Origin: Methanobacteriota archaeon
GTDB taxonomy: Archaea; Halobacteriota; Bog-38; Methanoflorentales; Methanoflorentaceae
Reading direction: 5' to 3'
Length of the DNA: 64,000 nt
Assembly: GCA_963719035.1 (NCBI GenBank)
Contig: CAVRAO010000008.1
Location: 1-64,000, forward strand
The notes beneath the pieces are model-generated. The model was given only the letters and a program-made list of their open reading frames with translations, was not told the DNA's origin and did no database searches. The translations under genes were made by a program, and so were the position numbers. This document shows, piece by piece, positions 31,612 to 41,467 of the stretch. Every line of letters begins with the position of its first letter. Positions within the stretch are counted from its first letter, which is position 1.

Positions 31612-32436
31612 ATGATAACCAAAAGAGACGATAGGCGATACAGGTTTACTATTGCCATGGCATCACATAGGACTCCGTGGGCCCGGATAGCGTTTAAGCA
31701 AGTGGCGAAAGCGTGTAGATTCGATCGTAATCATGTGACTCAAATCATGCGGGCAACCGACTCCCCCGAAGCGGCATTAGAACGCATCAAAACATACTTT
31801 GAGGGTCAATCTCGCGTCTATTGGGCGAACGCACTCAGAATCGTATGGAAAGAGACGGGAAAAGCGGCTATCGCGGTCATGCACGACGTCCTCACCGGCA
31901 AGGACTTTTTTAGAGATTATTCCATGATCACCGAGACCCCCAAAGACCCGGTGAGAGAGGGCGTTCAACTGACTTGGGATCAATTCGTCGAGGATAAGAT
32001 CACGTCGAGAGCGAACAAGGTCGTCGGAGTCACTCATACGACATACGGACACATCCAAGACGTCATGGCCCAAGGCGTCAAGAACGGATCAACTCACTAT
32101 GAGATCGGGCAGCAAATCGAGAACAAACTCGACGAACTTTGGAAGGCCGGGGGTGAGACGATCTCAAGGACGGAAGTTAACTCGGCTATGAACGCGGCAA
32201 TGCTGGAGGATGCGAGAGCAATGGCTCCAGATTTAAATAAGGTTTGGGCGTGTGCGTTCTTGAACAGCCGTCAAGATCACATGGACGCCGACGGTCAGTC
32301 AGTCCCTCAATCAGAGCCTTTCATAGTCGGCGTAGAGGAAATGATGGAACCCGGAGACGATTCAGCTAGCGCCGATCAAATAGTCAATTGTGCTTGCACG
32401 ATGTTCTTTGAGCGTCCAGAGGAAGCCCCCGACTAA
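31612..32436 (+). CDS. phage head morphogenesis / minor capsid protein (SPP1 gp7/Mu F-like), orphan
   Basis: TISRTEVNSAMN, KVW, R.DH..ADGQ, PF.VG, PGD, VNCAC; AGGAGG RBS. Confidence 0.85.
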   Translation: MITKRDDRRYRFTIAMASHRTPWARIAFKQVAKACRFDRNHVTQIMRATDSPEAALERIKTYFEGQSRVYWANALRIVWKETGKAAIAVMHDVLTGKDFFRDYSMITETPKDPVREGVQLTWDQFVEDKITSRANKVVGVTHTTYGHIQDVMAQGVKNGSTHYEIGQQIENKLDELWKAGGETISRTEVNSAMNAAMLEDARAMAPDLNKVWACAFLNSRQDHMDADGQSVPQSEPFIVGVEEMMEPGDDSASADQIVNCACTMFFERPEEAPD

Positions 32437-32973
32437 GGAGGATAGAAGTAACAACGATCACGACTGATGAACGATTGAACACGGCTCTTGCGACTCTTCG
32501 CAAGACCACAATCAAAGAGGTCAGATTCGTTGACTTTCTCGGGAATATAGTCAACTCCTTTTTCTACTTTTGTTTATTTCCAGTGAAAGCGAACTTGTTG
32601 AGATTCTTTACCTGCGCATAGAGGTTCAAGTGATTTTGACGTAAAGTCTCTTTCATCTGATCTTTCAAGTCGGCTAAAAAAAACTCCAGTGCTCTCCCGA
32701 TATCTAATACCAGAATGAATGCTGCTATGTGGAATGACCTGTAGCCTCACCGAAGCGATTATTCGCTGTACCGTACCGCATCAGCGGGCGGCAGTGCGGC
32801 GGCGGCTTAGTTCTAATTCTGTTGTCGAGTGTAATGCTTCTGGTAGGCGGCGGCGTAGTTCCACCGTTCTTCGGCATAGCCGCAGGAGTAATCGCTTTGC
32901 TGCTTAATTATCAAACGACATCTCAACACGATCAGCTGTTTGAAATGTCTGTCAAGGCCGGAGGCAATAAATT

Positions 32974-33492
32974 ATGAAAACTGTCGTCGTCTACGCAAGC
33001 AAGTATGGGTCCACGAAGGGCATAGCGGAGTTCATCGCCGAAAAGCTGCGGCAGCAGGGGACGCAGGCAGACGCCCAAGAAGTCGGCCAGGTCCACAACC
33101 TCGAAGACTACGATGCCTTCGTCATCGGAAGTGCCGTCTACATGGCCCACTGGCTGAAGCAGGCGGCGGAGTTTGTGATGCGAAATCGCGTCGTGTTGGC
33201 CAGTCATCCGGTGTGGTTGTTTAGTAGCGGCCCGCTTGGTACCGAGACCAAGGACGCCCAAGGTCGAGATGTGCTCGTCGCTGCGGCGCCGAAGGAGATC
33301 GCTGAGTTCAAGGTCGCTATCAACCCCCGTGACCATCGAGTCTTCTTCGGAGGGCTGGATGCCAGCAAAGTCGCGTTCGGTGATCGGACGGTCCGAAAGA
33401 TGCCCGCTGCCCGCACGCTTTTTCCCGAGGGCGATTTCCGCAACTGGAACTACATCGATGCTTGGGCCACCGGCATCGCCCGGGCATTTTAG
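32974..33492 (+). CDS. flavodoxin-domain protein (HemG-like, Flavodoxin_5)
   Basis: YASKYGSTKGIAE, GSAVY, WLFSSGP, GDFRNW. Confidence 0.9.
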   Translation: MKTVVVYASKYGSTKGIAEFIAEKLRQQGTQADAQEVGQVHNLEDYDAFVIGSAVYMAHWLKQAAEFVMRNRVVLASHPVWLFSSGPLGTETKDAQGRDVLVAAAPKEIAEFKVAINPRDHRVFFGGLDASKVAFGDRTVRKMPAARTLFPEGDFRNWNYIDAWATGIARAF

Positions 33493-33576
33493 CGCTCTCT
33501 TTCTTCTCTTTTTTTAAACATATTTGTAGAGTATGAGAAAGGCTTAATGTAGAGTATGAAGTAGCATAGTATTACA

Positions 33577-34056
33577 ATGGTAGTTTGTCCTACTTGTCAC
33601 CACGAGCATGCAGGCCCGCTTAAAACGTGCCCATCTTGCCGTGACCGAATAGCAGTCTGGAAGCAGAAGCACCAGGGAAAGGACCGCTTGTATAAGCGTA
33701 AGTATGCTGCCAAAAAGCGTGGGCCCGAGGGCTACGATGAGCTTTTTTACAGCACGAGAGGACAGCAGGATAAGTGGGATAAATGGGTAGGACTTGACCC
33801 AGATGAAGTAATACTTTGGACTGGGGCTACGCGTGCAGAACTCTGGGAGGAAGTTGCACACGTAGTCTATGAGGAAAATGTAAGAGATAGATGCTTGGGC
33901 GTTTTAAGTGACACTTTGGCCGGTGTCCGAGCTGACCACCTACAAGCAATGACAGACAAAGGAAAGCAGACGGAGTGCCTTATTAGGATCAAAAAGATAC
34001 AGCTACACCTAACAAACGTGCTACGAGAGAACGGTGTTATTTGGCAGGAGGACTAG
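33577..34056 (+). CDS. hypothetical protein with N-terminal Zn finger (virus/plasmid-like)
   Basis: CPTC..CPSC; tandem with 34034-34267. Confidence 0.6.
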   Translation: MVVCPTCHHEHAGPLKTCPSCRDRIAVWKQKHQGKDRLYKRKYAAKKRGPEGYDELFYSTRGQQDKWDKWVGLDPDEVILWTGATRAELWEEVAHVVYEENVRDRCLGVLSDTLAGVRADHLQAMTDKGKQTECLIRIKKIQLHLTNVLRENGVIWQED

Positions 34057-34069
34057 CAGTATGCCCAGC

Positions 34070-34267
34070 AAAGTAAGTTGGATGCACGATAGTGATGACA
34101 GGATGCTAGCACGTTATCAGTACCTTTACAAGAAAGCACTTAAGGTCAAAGCCTTCCAACTGCAGAAAATACAAAGGGCAGAGACTCATGAAGTGTGTGT
34201 CTCTGTGCTATTAAAAGCAGTGGTAATATGCAATCATGCCCTTAAAGAGATGGGCTTTGAAGAGTAG
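34070..34267 (+). CDS. small hypothetical protein
   Basis: GGAGG RBS upstream of MPSKV. Confidence 0.5.
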   Translation, partial: KVSWMHDSDDRMLARYQYLYKKALKVKAFQLQKIQRAETHEVCVSVLLKAVVICNHALKEMGFEE

Positions 34268-34307
34268 AAGCAGGCCCCTGAGCAGTTCTTATTGGAAAAA
34301 TAAGCTG

Positions 34308-34392
34308 TTAAAACGGCACGTTTGCATGCGATTCATGCACGTCCTTGTCGTTAAACTGCAGATTAGATTACTGTTATATTGATGCTAGAATG
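34308..34392 (-). pseudogene. XerA-like recombinase C-terminal tail (X3)
   Basis: HSSINITVI / LQFNDKDVHESHANVPF*, homologous to X1 and X2, frameshifted. Confidence 0.72.
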
Positions 34393-34668
34393 CTGCTAAA
34401 CGCAGCGCTTACGGACAGCGCCAAAGAGGTAAGCGTGCTGCTGCAAAAACTGGGAGCATTAAAGAAAGCCATCGTCCATACCAGTCCAATGGCCCTAGGC
34501 AGGCTTCTGCCGCACCCGTCTGTAGCAGAATCGTGCTCGCGTTCCCGGCCAGCTAAGTGACGATTGGGAGTGCTAAACTCCCATACCTTCCTTTTTTTCA
34601 CGAGTAATCTTGTTTAAAGTCGCAATCCCCTCAGGATTCCGACCCAAGACCTACATAACAATTATCTG

Positions 34669-34731
34669 TATCCGCTGCCTGAGCACGTGCATGATGTCGA
34701 CATGAAAAACTGGGGAGGCGTGTCTTTTTAA
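34669..34731 (+). pseudogene. integrase C-terminal tail (copy C3)
   Basis: YPLPEHVHDVDMKNWGGVSF*. Confidence 0.7.
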
Positions 34732-34791
34732 GGCTTGACCCTAGTTGTTAGGTTTTAATGCTGGCTCTGCTGACTGATAATGTGGGAAACC

Positions 34792-35621
34792 TCATGCTTG
34801 CGGAGGGCCTTGCTCAAGCAGCTCTTGTATTCGCTCTTCCGCTGGAACTGACTGTTTCCACAAGATTTCGAACGTAGAGACGAGATACTCAGCATAGACA
34901 GGATCATCGGTCCAAAGAGCTGTCATCGGTGCGTTCAGTGCGGCGCTTGCGGCTATATGAATTGGCATGATACTATGTTTTCGGTCGTACACCACGAACA
35001 TCACGCCATGCCTATCGATATGGCGTACTTCTTCACCTAATCTTAACATCTCACGCACATGGTCGATAAATGTGTATGAGATATCAATTATCGCCCTCAC
35101 TTTGCCTCCCTGCTGAATGAATGCTGCTGCGGCATCGTTAATGCCAAACAAAGAGGCAACGACCGTCGCCAGTCCGGGTGCGGCTATGAGCCATTCCTTC
35201 TTCATCGATTCGATCAGGGGTATTGCGACCGCGACGAGTTCCTTAGTGCTCTTGATGATTTTGAACGTCGTCACCTCATCTGCCGGCCGAAGCCGCTGCT
35301 GCCGTGCCAATTCCTGCAGCTCCCGCTTTCGCACCTCCATCTCGCGGAGTTCGCTCTCGTGCTTCTTCACTGCAGATTCAAGGGCAGTGTCGAGGTCGAC
35401 TGCCGCGTAGACCGTCGGGGCGTCAAGCGACGGATGCACCATACCCTTATCAATGAGGCTCGTGAGCGTGCGGTGTACGTCTTCACGATATGTGTGAAGC
35501 GATTTAGCAAGGGGGAGGGGGTCTTAGGGCCGTACTTGAGCAGGTGAAGGTACGTCTTTGCCTCCTTTTCGCTGAGCCCGAAACCGATCAAACGGCTGGT
35601 GAACTCGTCGTCAATGGTCAT
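34792..35621 (-). pseudogene. TrmB-family transcriptional regulator, frameshifted near 35505
   Basis: FGLSEKEAKTYLHLLKYGP HTH start and TrmB-like C-domain in different frames. Confidence 0.8.
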
Positions 35622-35733
35622 CTGGTATCACCTCGTACGTGAGCTGAATGATACATATATGTTAGCTTCAAAAAAGAAGAGAAGAGATCAAGCATGCAGT
35701 GTCGGGCGTTACTGTGCTGTACTTCAATGTTTC

Positions 35734-35859
35734 AGGAGCTACATCCTTACACACGGCGTTTCTGAGGTCTATTGGCGATTTTACAAACATCCCCTTCCTG
35801 TGCACGTGCATGATGTTTATATGCAGTATTGGAAAGACGTAGAATTCAAATCAGGTTAG
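35734..35859 (+). pseudogene. integrase C-terminal tail (copy C4)
   Basis: RSYILTHGVSEVYWRFYKHPLPVHVHDVYMQYWKDVEFKSG*. Confidence 0.8.
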
Positions 35860-36010
35860 AGAGCAAATCCTCTAAAAACGCCAGACTTAAAATAGGAGAG
35901 CGTGGCGCAGTGCGGCTGTGGCTACGCGTCTGACTGCTAGTAAAGTAATTCGTATGGAAAAACAAAACGCGAGCCCAGCTACAGCCGGACTCACGTATTG
36001 ACTAGAAGCG

Positions 36011-36661
36011 TTACTGCCGACGTCGTATCACCAAGTACGAAACTGCCAACAGTCCTACTACCGCGTACAACGCCTCAAAGCCTGGCAAGCCGAGGAATCC
36101 TCCGGCCGCCGTGGCTGACGCCGTCGCTGCTGCGGTCGCGTTTGCCGGCGGTATCATAACGCTGTCGATGACGTGAATCACGCCATTTGTCGCATTGATA
36201 TCCGTTTTGGTTATGCTGGCGTTGTCAACTGTGACTACAGTGCTAGTGACGGAGTAAGGCAATGACAGTCCGTTTGCCGTCGTAAGCGTTCCATTGCCCT
36301 TGATATCTTTCGATAACAGCGTCCCCGGCACGACGTGGTAAAGCAGCACTCTCTTAAGGGCGGTCGTGTTATTCGCTAGAGTGGCAAGAGCTGAGCTCGG
36401 GATTTTGTCAAAAGCCGCGTTTGACGGCGCAAACAATGTGTAATTAGCAGTTCCGTTCAACGTGTCTGTAAGGTTAGCAACCTTGAGTAAGCCCACCAGT
36501 GTGGAAAAGTTCGTCTCGCTAGCTGCGGTCTGAATGATGGTCTCTCCGATAGGTGTCGCCGTTGTCGTTTGCGTCTGCGCGAAGGCAACGGTCGATCCTG
36601 CGACGATAGAGAGAATCACTAACGTTGCCAAAACAGCGGAAAAGAGTTTTTTGCTAATCAT
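36011..36661 (-). CDS. fasciclin (FAS1) domain surface protein with PGF-CTERM
   Basis: YTLFAPSNAAF, LLYHVV, NGVIHVIDSV; LPGF+TM+RRRQ. Confidence 0.92.
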   Translation of the reverse strand: MISKKLFSAVLATLVILSIVAGSTVAFAQTQTTTATPIGETIIQTAASETNFSTLVGLLKVANLTDTLNGTANYTLFAPSNAAFDKIPSSALATLANNTTALKRVLLYHVVPGTLLSKDIKGNGTLTTANGLSLPYSVTSTVVTVDNASITKTDINATNGVIHVIDSVMIPPANATAAATASATAAGGFLGLPGFEALYAVVGLLAVSYLVIRRRQ

Positions 36662-36966
36662 CTTTCACCTCCAAAATAGAGTTGCGTTGTTTAGGCGCAT
36701 GATTTTCTATATATGCTATACACTTTGCTTTTTTCTACTTTCCGACGTCGTATCGTAAAATTCAAGTCCATTTGAAAAAGTAAATACCCGAAAAAACGTG
36801 ACTAATTCAGCGTTACGACCATATATATTTCCGGTCAATCTTTCAGAGAAAATAGTTCGACTTCTAATTACGTCGTGAACATGATACGGCGGGGCGGCGA
36901 TACTGATCGCAATACGGAACCTTGTCCTTATCGCCGCGCAGCTTGCAACCGTTATACTTCTCGCAC

Positions 36967-37380
36967 CTACGACAATCTGTCATTATATTCTCGCCGCTGT
37001 GCGAGGCTTCGCGCACGATCGTCTACGGTTTTTAGTAACTCGTATTCGGAAGAAAGCATTATCGTCGTAAACGCGCGATGCCCCTCGACGTAATCAGGTA
37101 ATACGGTTCGTTCGCTTTCTGCATCCGCGATAATAACTTTACCAGCGTTAGTATCATATCCGCTAACGATGCGCGAACCGTCCTTAATAATGCGTTCGTT
37201 TGCGCGCTTATCGTCGTCCTCTATATCGCCGTAGTCGCCGCTAAAGTGACGCTTACTCAGCGCGGCGACGTTTATTATACCTCGCTCGCGCGCATTGGCG
37301 ATCCCCGGCGTCACAACTAACACTCCCGGCTCGAAGCGGTCTATATCCATTCCCAGCGTTAACTCGACGCCTTTTCTCAT
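36967..37380 (-). CDS. plasmid/phage-associated hypothetical protein
   Basis: RHFSGDYGDIEDDDKRANE..RIVSGY..TTIMLSSEY motif of a family I recall from mobile elements. Confidence 0.65.
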   Translation of the reverse strand: MRKGVELTLGMDIDRFEPGVLVVTPGIANARERGIINVAALSKRHFSGDYGDIEDDDKRANERIIKDGSRIVSGYDTNAGKVIIADAESERTVLPDYVEGHRAFTTIMLSSEYELLKTVDDRARSLAQRREYNDRLS

Positions 37381-37823
37381 TATTTTTCTGCACTCCTGCG
37401 TTAGTATCACGCCGCCTTATTTAGCCCGCGCACGCTTATACGTTCGCTTATCCCAGTCAGTTATCCATCAATAAGTCGCCAATGGCGTAACGCTGCGAGA
37501 TAATGCCGTCGCTCGCGTTCGTGTTGTAGTAACGCTAAAAGTAAGTCGGTCGTTTCGGCGTCTATTATTGACGTTCATCTTACCGGCATCGTTCATAAAC
37601 ACGCTCCCTGCGATATATCCCTTTTATGTTTATCGTCGGCGTGCAAGCATATCTCGACGCCATGGTTTAGCGGAATGGCGGCTTTCGGATAATTCGCGGC
37701 CAACCTTACCATAAATAGATAATCCAAACAAAGTCCCGATAGGCATTAAAAGAAGTTAGTCAATTGTAGTTCAATAAGATTAATAGATACCACGTAATAA
37801 TTCGAAAAAGGAGATTGTAGAAT

Positions 37824-38321
37824 ATGTCTAAAACCGAAGACTTCTTGAAAGAGGCATTTGCAGGAGAGTCCCAGGCCAACCGCAAATACCAGGCATTTGC
37901 AGCCAAAGCAGATAAAGAGGGATACGCCCAAGCAGCTAAGCTGTTTCGAGCAGCTTCTGAGGCAGAGGCGGTGCATGCCAACAACCATCTGAGAGTAATG
38001 AAAGTCGTCCAGTCCACTCCAGAAAACCTTAAGGCGGCCATCTCTGGCGAGGATCATGAGTATGAGGCCATGTATCCGGAGATGATTGAAACGGCCAGAG
38101 TCGAGAAGCAAAAAGGCGCCGAAATGTCCTTCCACGACGCCAACGAGGTGGAGAAGGTCCATTCTCAGCTTTTTAATAAGCTTCTTGCCAACCAAGGCAA
38201 ATCAACAGAGACCTTCCCCTATTACGTCTGTCCGATCTGCGGGAATACGGTGGAAATGGAGCCGCCGGGAACGTGCCAAGTATGCGGCACTGAAGGGAAG
38301 CTGTTCAAGAGGGTCGATTGA
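37824..38321 (+). CDS. rubrerythrin
   Basis: AFAGESQA, EAVHA, EYEAMYP, EKVH, CPICG..CQVCG. Confidence 0.93.
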   Translation: MSKTEDFLKEAFAGESQANRKYQAFAAKADKEGYAQAAKLFRAASEAEAVHANNHLRVMKVVQSTPENLKAAISGEDHEYEAMYPEMIETARVEKQKGAEMSFHDANEVEKVHSQLFNKLLANQGKSTETFPYYVCPICGNTVEMEPPGTCQVCGTEGKLFKRVD

Positions 38322-38469
38322 GCCTTGCCAATTGGCTCGGGAAGGTCCTAGGGGATCTTCCCACTTTTCTTGTGCATGGAATGTGCAGATATTGCCTGAA
38401 ATTACACTGTTTTTATTTTATAGTTGTAGTAATATTAATTCAAAAACAATATTTTAGGAGGCAAGACAA

Positions 38470-38985
38470 ATGATTTCCGCAAAATTGAATCAAGCTATTA
38501 ATGAGCAAATAACTTTTGAATTTTATTCAGCGCACATTTATTTATCAATGGCGGCCTATTGTGCTGCTATTGATCTGCCAGGATTTTCACATTTTTTAAG
38601 AGTGCAATATCGCGAAGAGGTAGATCATGCGATGAAGTTTTTTAATTTTGTAGCTGAAATGGAAGGCAATGTTAAGATTACTGGTTTCCAAGATCCACAA
38701 TCAGATTTTAGCTCTGTTTTAAATGCATTTGAGATAGCATTAAACCATGAAAAAATTGTCACAGGTAGAATTTACGATTTAAAAACTATTGCTATTGAAG
38801 AAAAGAACTATGCAGCTTCAAGCTTCCTTGAGTGGTATGTAAATGAGCAGATAGAGGAGGAATCTAATTTTACGGCCATCGTCAGGCGCTTAAAAATGAT
38901 AGCTCAAGATTCTGCTGCCTTGTTCATGTTAGATAACGAGTTGGCAGCAAGGGTTTATGTTCCACTCCCAGAAGCAAACGTCTAA
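38470..38985 (+). CDS. ferritin (AT-rich, bacterial-like codon usage)
   Basis: NEQI..E..S...YL.M, EE..HA, HE, EQIEEE ferroxidase residues. Confidence 0.93.
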   Translation: MISAKLNQAINEQITFEFYSAHIYLSMAAYCAAIDLPGFSHFLRVQYREEVDHAMKFFNFVAEMEGNVKITGFQDPQSDFSSVLNAFEIALNHEKIVTGRIYDLKTIAIEEKNYAASSFLEWYVNEQIEEESNFTAIVRRLKMIAQDSAALFMLDNELAARVYVPLPEANV

Positions 38986-39144
38986 AAAAATGATCAAAGT
39001 GCATCACCTTAAAGCGCTATGCCTTCGGTGAAACTAGCACATACGTGTAATCTCGCTTGGCAGATTGATTAGAGTGGTACGAAACAAGATTACGCTTTAG
39101 CGTATACAGATTTATTTCGTTCTTGGCACAGAAGGAGGAAGAGT

Positions 39145-39702
39145 ATGGTTGAACCGCGGGAGACTATTGAAATTGTAAATGTAGTTGCGTCCACCGGTAT
39201 AGGACAAGAAATAAACCTCAATCAAGCAACGCTTGCTTTAGAGGGAGCAGATTACGATCCTAAACGGTTTCCGGGCCTTGTCTACCGCACGAAGGACCCG
39301 AAGACCGCTGCACTCATCTTTCGATCGGGAAAAATCGTTTGCACGGGCGCAAAGAGCATCGATGACGTGTATAAGGGTCTGGAAAACGTATTTCAAAGCC
39401 TCAGAAATATCGGGATAGACGTCCAGGGAACGCCGGAGATCAAGGTGCAAAACATCGTGGCGTCCGCGGATCTTCACGCAGTTTTGAACTTAAATGCCAT
39501 TGCGATCGGCCTTGGGCTTGAGAACATTGAGTACGAGCCTGAGCAGTTTCCCGGTCTTGTTTACCGGTTGTCGGAACCTAAAGTGGTCGTTCTTTTGTTC
39601 GGTTCCGGTAAACTGGTTGTCACCGGCGGTCGAAAGCCCGAAGATGCGGCTAATGCGGTCGATCGAATCGTGAAGGAGCTTAAAAGCCTGAGCCTTTTAT
39701 AG
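39145..39702 (+). CDS. tbp: TATA-box binding protein
   Basis: Two repeats NVVAS..FPGLVYR..LIF.SGK.V.TG. Confidence 0.97.
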   Translation: MVEPRETIEIVNVVASTGIGQEINLNQATLALEGADYDPKRFPGLVYRTKDPKTAALIFRSGKIVCTGAKSIDDVYKGLENVFQSLRNIGIDVQGTPEIKVQNIVASADLHAVLNLNAIAIGLGLENIEYEPEQFPGLVYRLSEPKVVVLLFGSGKLVVTGGRKPEDAANAVDRIVKELKSLSLL

Positions 39703-39914
39703 GTTACTAGGTCTAGCCGCGGCACTTCACTGGTAGAAGGCATATCCTATGCTGAAAAATGTCATGGGGGATAAAGTAGATTACTTTGTAACCGGGAACA
39801 GCGTAGAATTATGAATGATAATTGGGGTGGCGGGATCTATGTTAATTTGTGATGATCGGCGCTTGGCGAATATACTTTGTGTCCTTTACCTGCTGAAGCA
39901 CGAAATCGGCTAAG

Positions 39915-40109
39915 TCAGCGCGGGGATACACGTCTTCCCAGCTCATTGCGACCCGGATAGCCGGTCTTAACATTTCCTGTCTTCGGCTTATCATCGAGCA
40001 GGAGAACACGCACTAGAGTCCAATCAAGATCCGATGCCCGAATCACTTCAGACCAGCCGACTATGTCTGCATAAGCGTCTGGTGTAGCGGTCTTGACAAA
40101 GGTGATCAT
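39915..40109 (-). pseudogene. NAD(P)H-binding (NAD_binding_10) protein fragment
   Basis: IRASDLDWTLVR..L.D.P.TG; no Rossmann N-terminus. Confidence 0.6.
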
Positions 40110-40192
40110 TGTCTTAAGATGCCCGGCTGTCTAACAGATGAACTTGATGACGGCTTGCATTATTTCTTCGCGCGGGGCTTGTCGTTACTAAC

Positions 40193-41107
40193 TTAGCTCC
40201 TCCCCGTGAAGATACTTAGATCAATTGCGTTTCCCATTGCCAAATATCCTACCGCGTTCGGATGTAAGCCATCTGACATTACGAGCGCAGGATTTGAATG
40301 CCCTGGATTCGACGGATTGTCTATGACTGCATAAAAATCGATGAGTCCATATCCCTTCGAATTAGCGTACTCGGCTATCCACCCGTTTAAAATATCCCGT
40401 TGTTCGAGGTAAAAACTGCTGGGTGGAACGGTACACAAGACGGGTACAGCTCCGTAAGATTCAACACGCGTGCACATCTCGCGGATGTTCGCCTGCATGG
40501 TTGCAAGCGGTAAGTCACCATTCGCAAGGTCATTGGTGCCCCCTAGTATAACAACAAAATGGGGGTTTAATACAAGGGCCTTGTCTATTCGGGCGAGCAT
40601 ATCTGCCGTTTTATCCCCGCCAACGCCCTGACTGACGACCTGCCAATTCCCGCCAAGCCTTGATTTAAGATGGTACGGCCAGTTGTTAGGGTCCGCAAAC
40701 CCTTCCGTGATTGAATCCCCGACGCAGACTATGCGATGTGCGTACAGCGTGCGCGAGGATGACGGCACTGGAGACGTTGTGGTGTTCCCACCCGTCGGGA
40801 TATGCAGCGCCCCTCCAACAATTACTACAAGGACGAGAAAGGCAATGAGAACAACAACCCCCTTGAACACATGTTTGCTTTTAAGCGAAAATTTGGACGC
40901 ACGTGGTTTATCTAAGCTCTTAATTCGGTCTTTCTTGCCGAGTAGACCGTCAATTTTGGGCTGTCGTTGAGAGCGAGGTTTCGCCCGGGTTGATGGCGCT
41001 AACGTGGAGCTCGTAAGGAGAGACCCACAACTCACACAAAATTTGGCATCTCGTGGCAGAATTGCACCACAGAACTTGCAAGGCTTTTTTTCACCCATCG
41101 TTGTCAC
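40193..41107 (-). CDS. zinc-ribbon + TM + SGNH/GDSL hydrolase
   Basis: CKFCG..FCVSCG; GDSIT, GTND, DGLHP. Confidence 0.9.
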   Translation of the reverse strand: MTTMGEKKPCKFCGAILPRDAKFCVSCGSLLTSSTLAPSTRAKPRSQRQPKIDGLLGKKDRIKSLDKPRASKFSLKSKHVFKGVVVLIAFLVLVVIVGGALHIPTGGNTTTSPVPSSSRTLYAHRIVCVGDSITEGFADPNNWPYHLKSRLGGNWQVVSQGVGGDKTADMLARIDKALVLNPHFVVILGGTNDLANGDLPLATMQANIREMCTRVESYGAVPVLCTVPPSSFYLEQRDILNGWIAEYANSKGYGLIDFYAVIDNPSNPGHSNPALVMSDGLHPNAVGYLAMGNAIDLSIFTGRS

Positions 41108-41467
41108 TTTCGTGCAAGCAACTAACGCACGTTGATGGTGGTGACGCTGCTCGTTTAGGTTGGGTAAGCGCTGTTACCAGCGAAGGTGACGTGGTAGGTG
41201 CGCTGGACGGTGAAATCTTCAACATGATGCTTGCCTCCGCAGCGATTACTCTAACTACAAGTCCATGTGCAAAAGATAAAGGAGGGCTTATAAGAGTTCC
41301 TATTTCCTAAAAAGGGATCGTCCAAAATCGACGCAGTCATGATAGCAAAGAACAAAACAAAACGTATCAAACTGTCAGCAGGCGCAATTTCAGCATTTAG
41401 AGCTCAACTAGTAGTATATCTCCTCACCTCACGAGGGGCGCTATTCAGCCCAATGACTAGACCAAGT

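Noticed and set aside
30600-34300. Intact provirus
   Set aside because: Only one virion gene, interleaved with unrelated flavodoxin and gene crumbs.
1-41300. Classical integron cassette array
   Set aside because: No IntI and no recurring RYYYAAC...GTTRRRY attC palindromes found by eye; genes are in mixed orientation. An IntegronFinder run would settle it.
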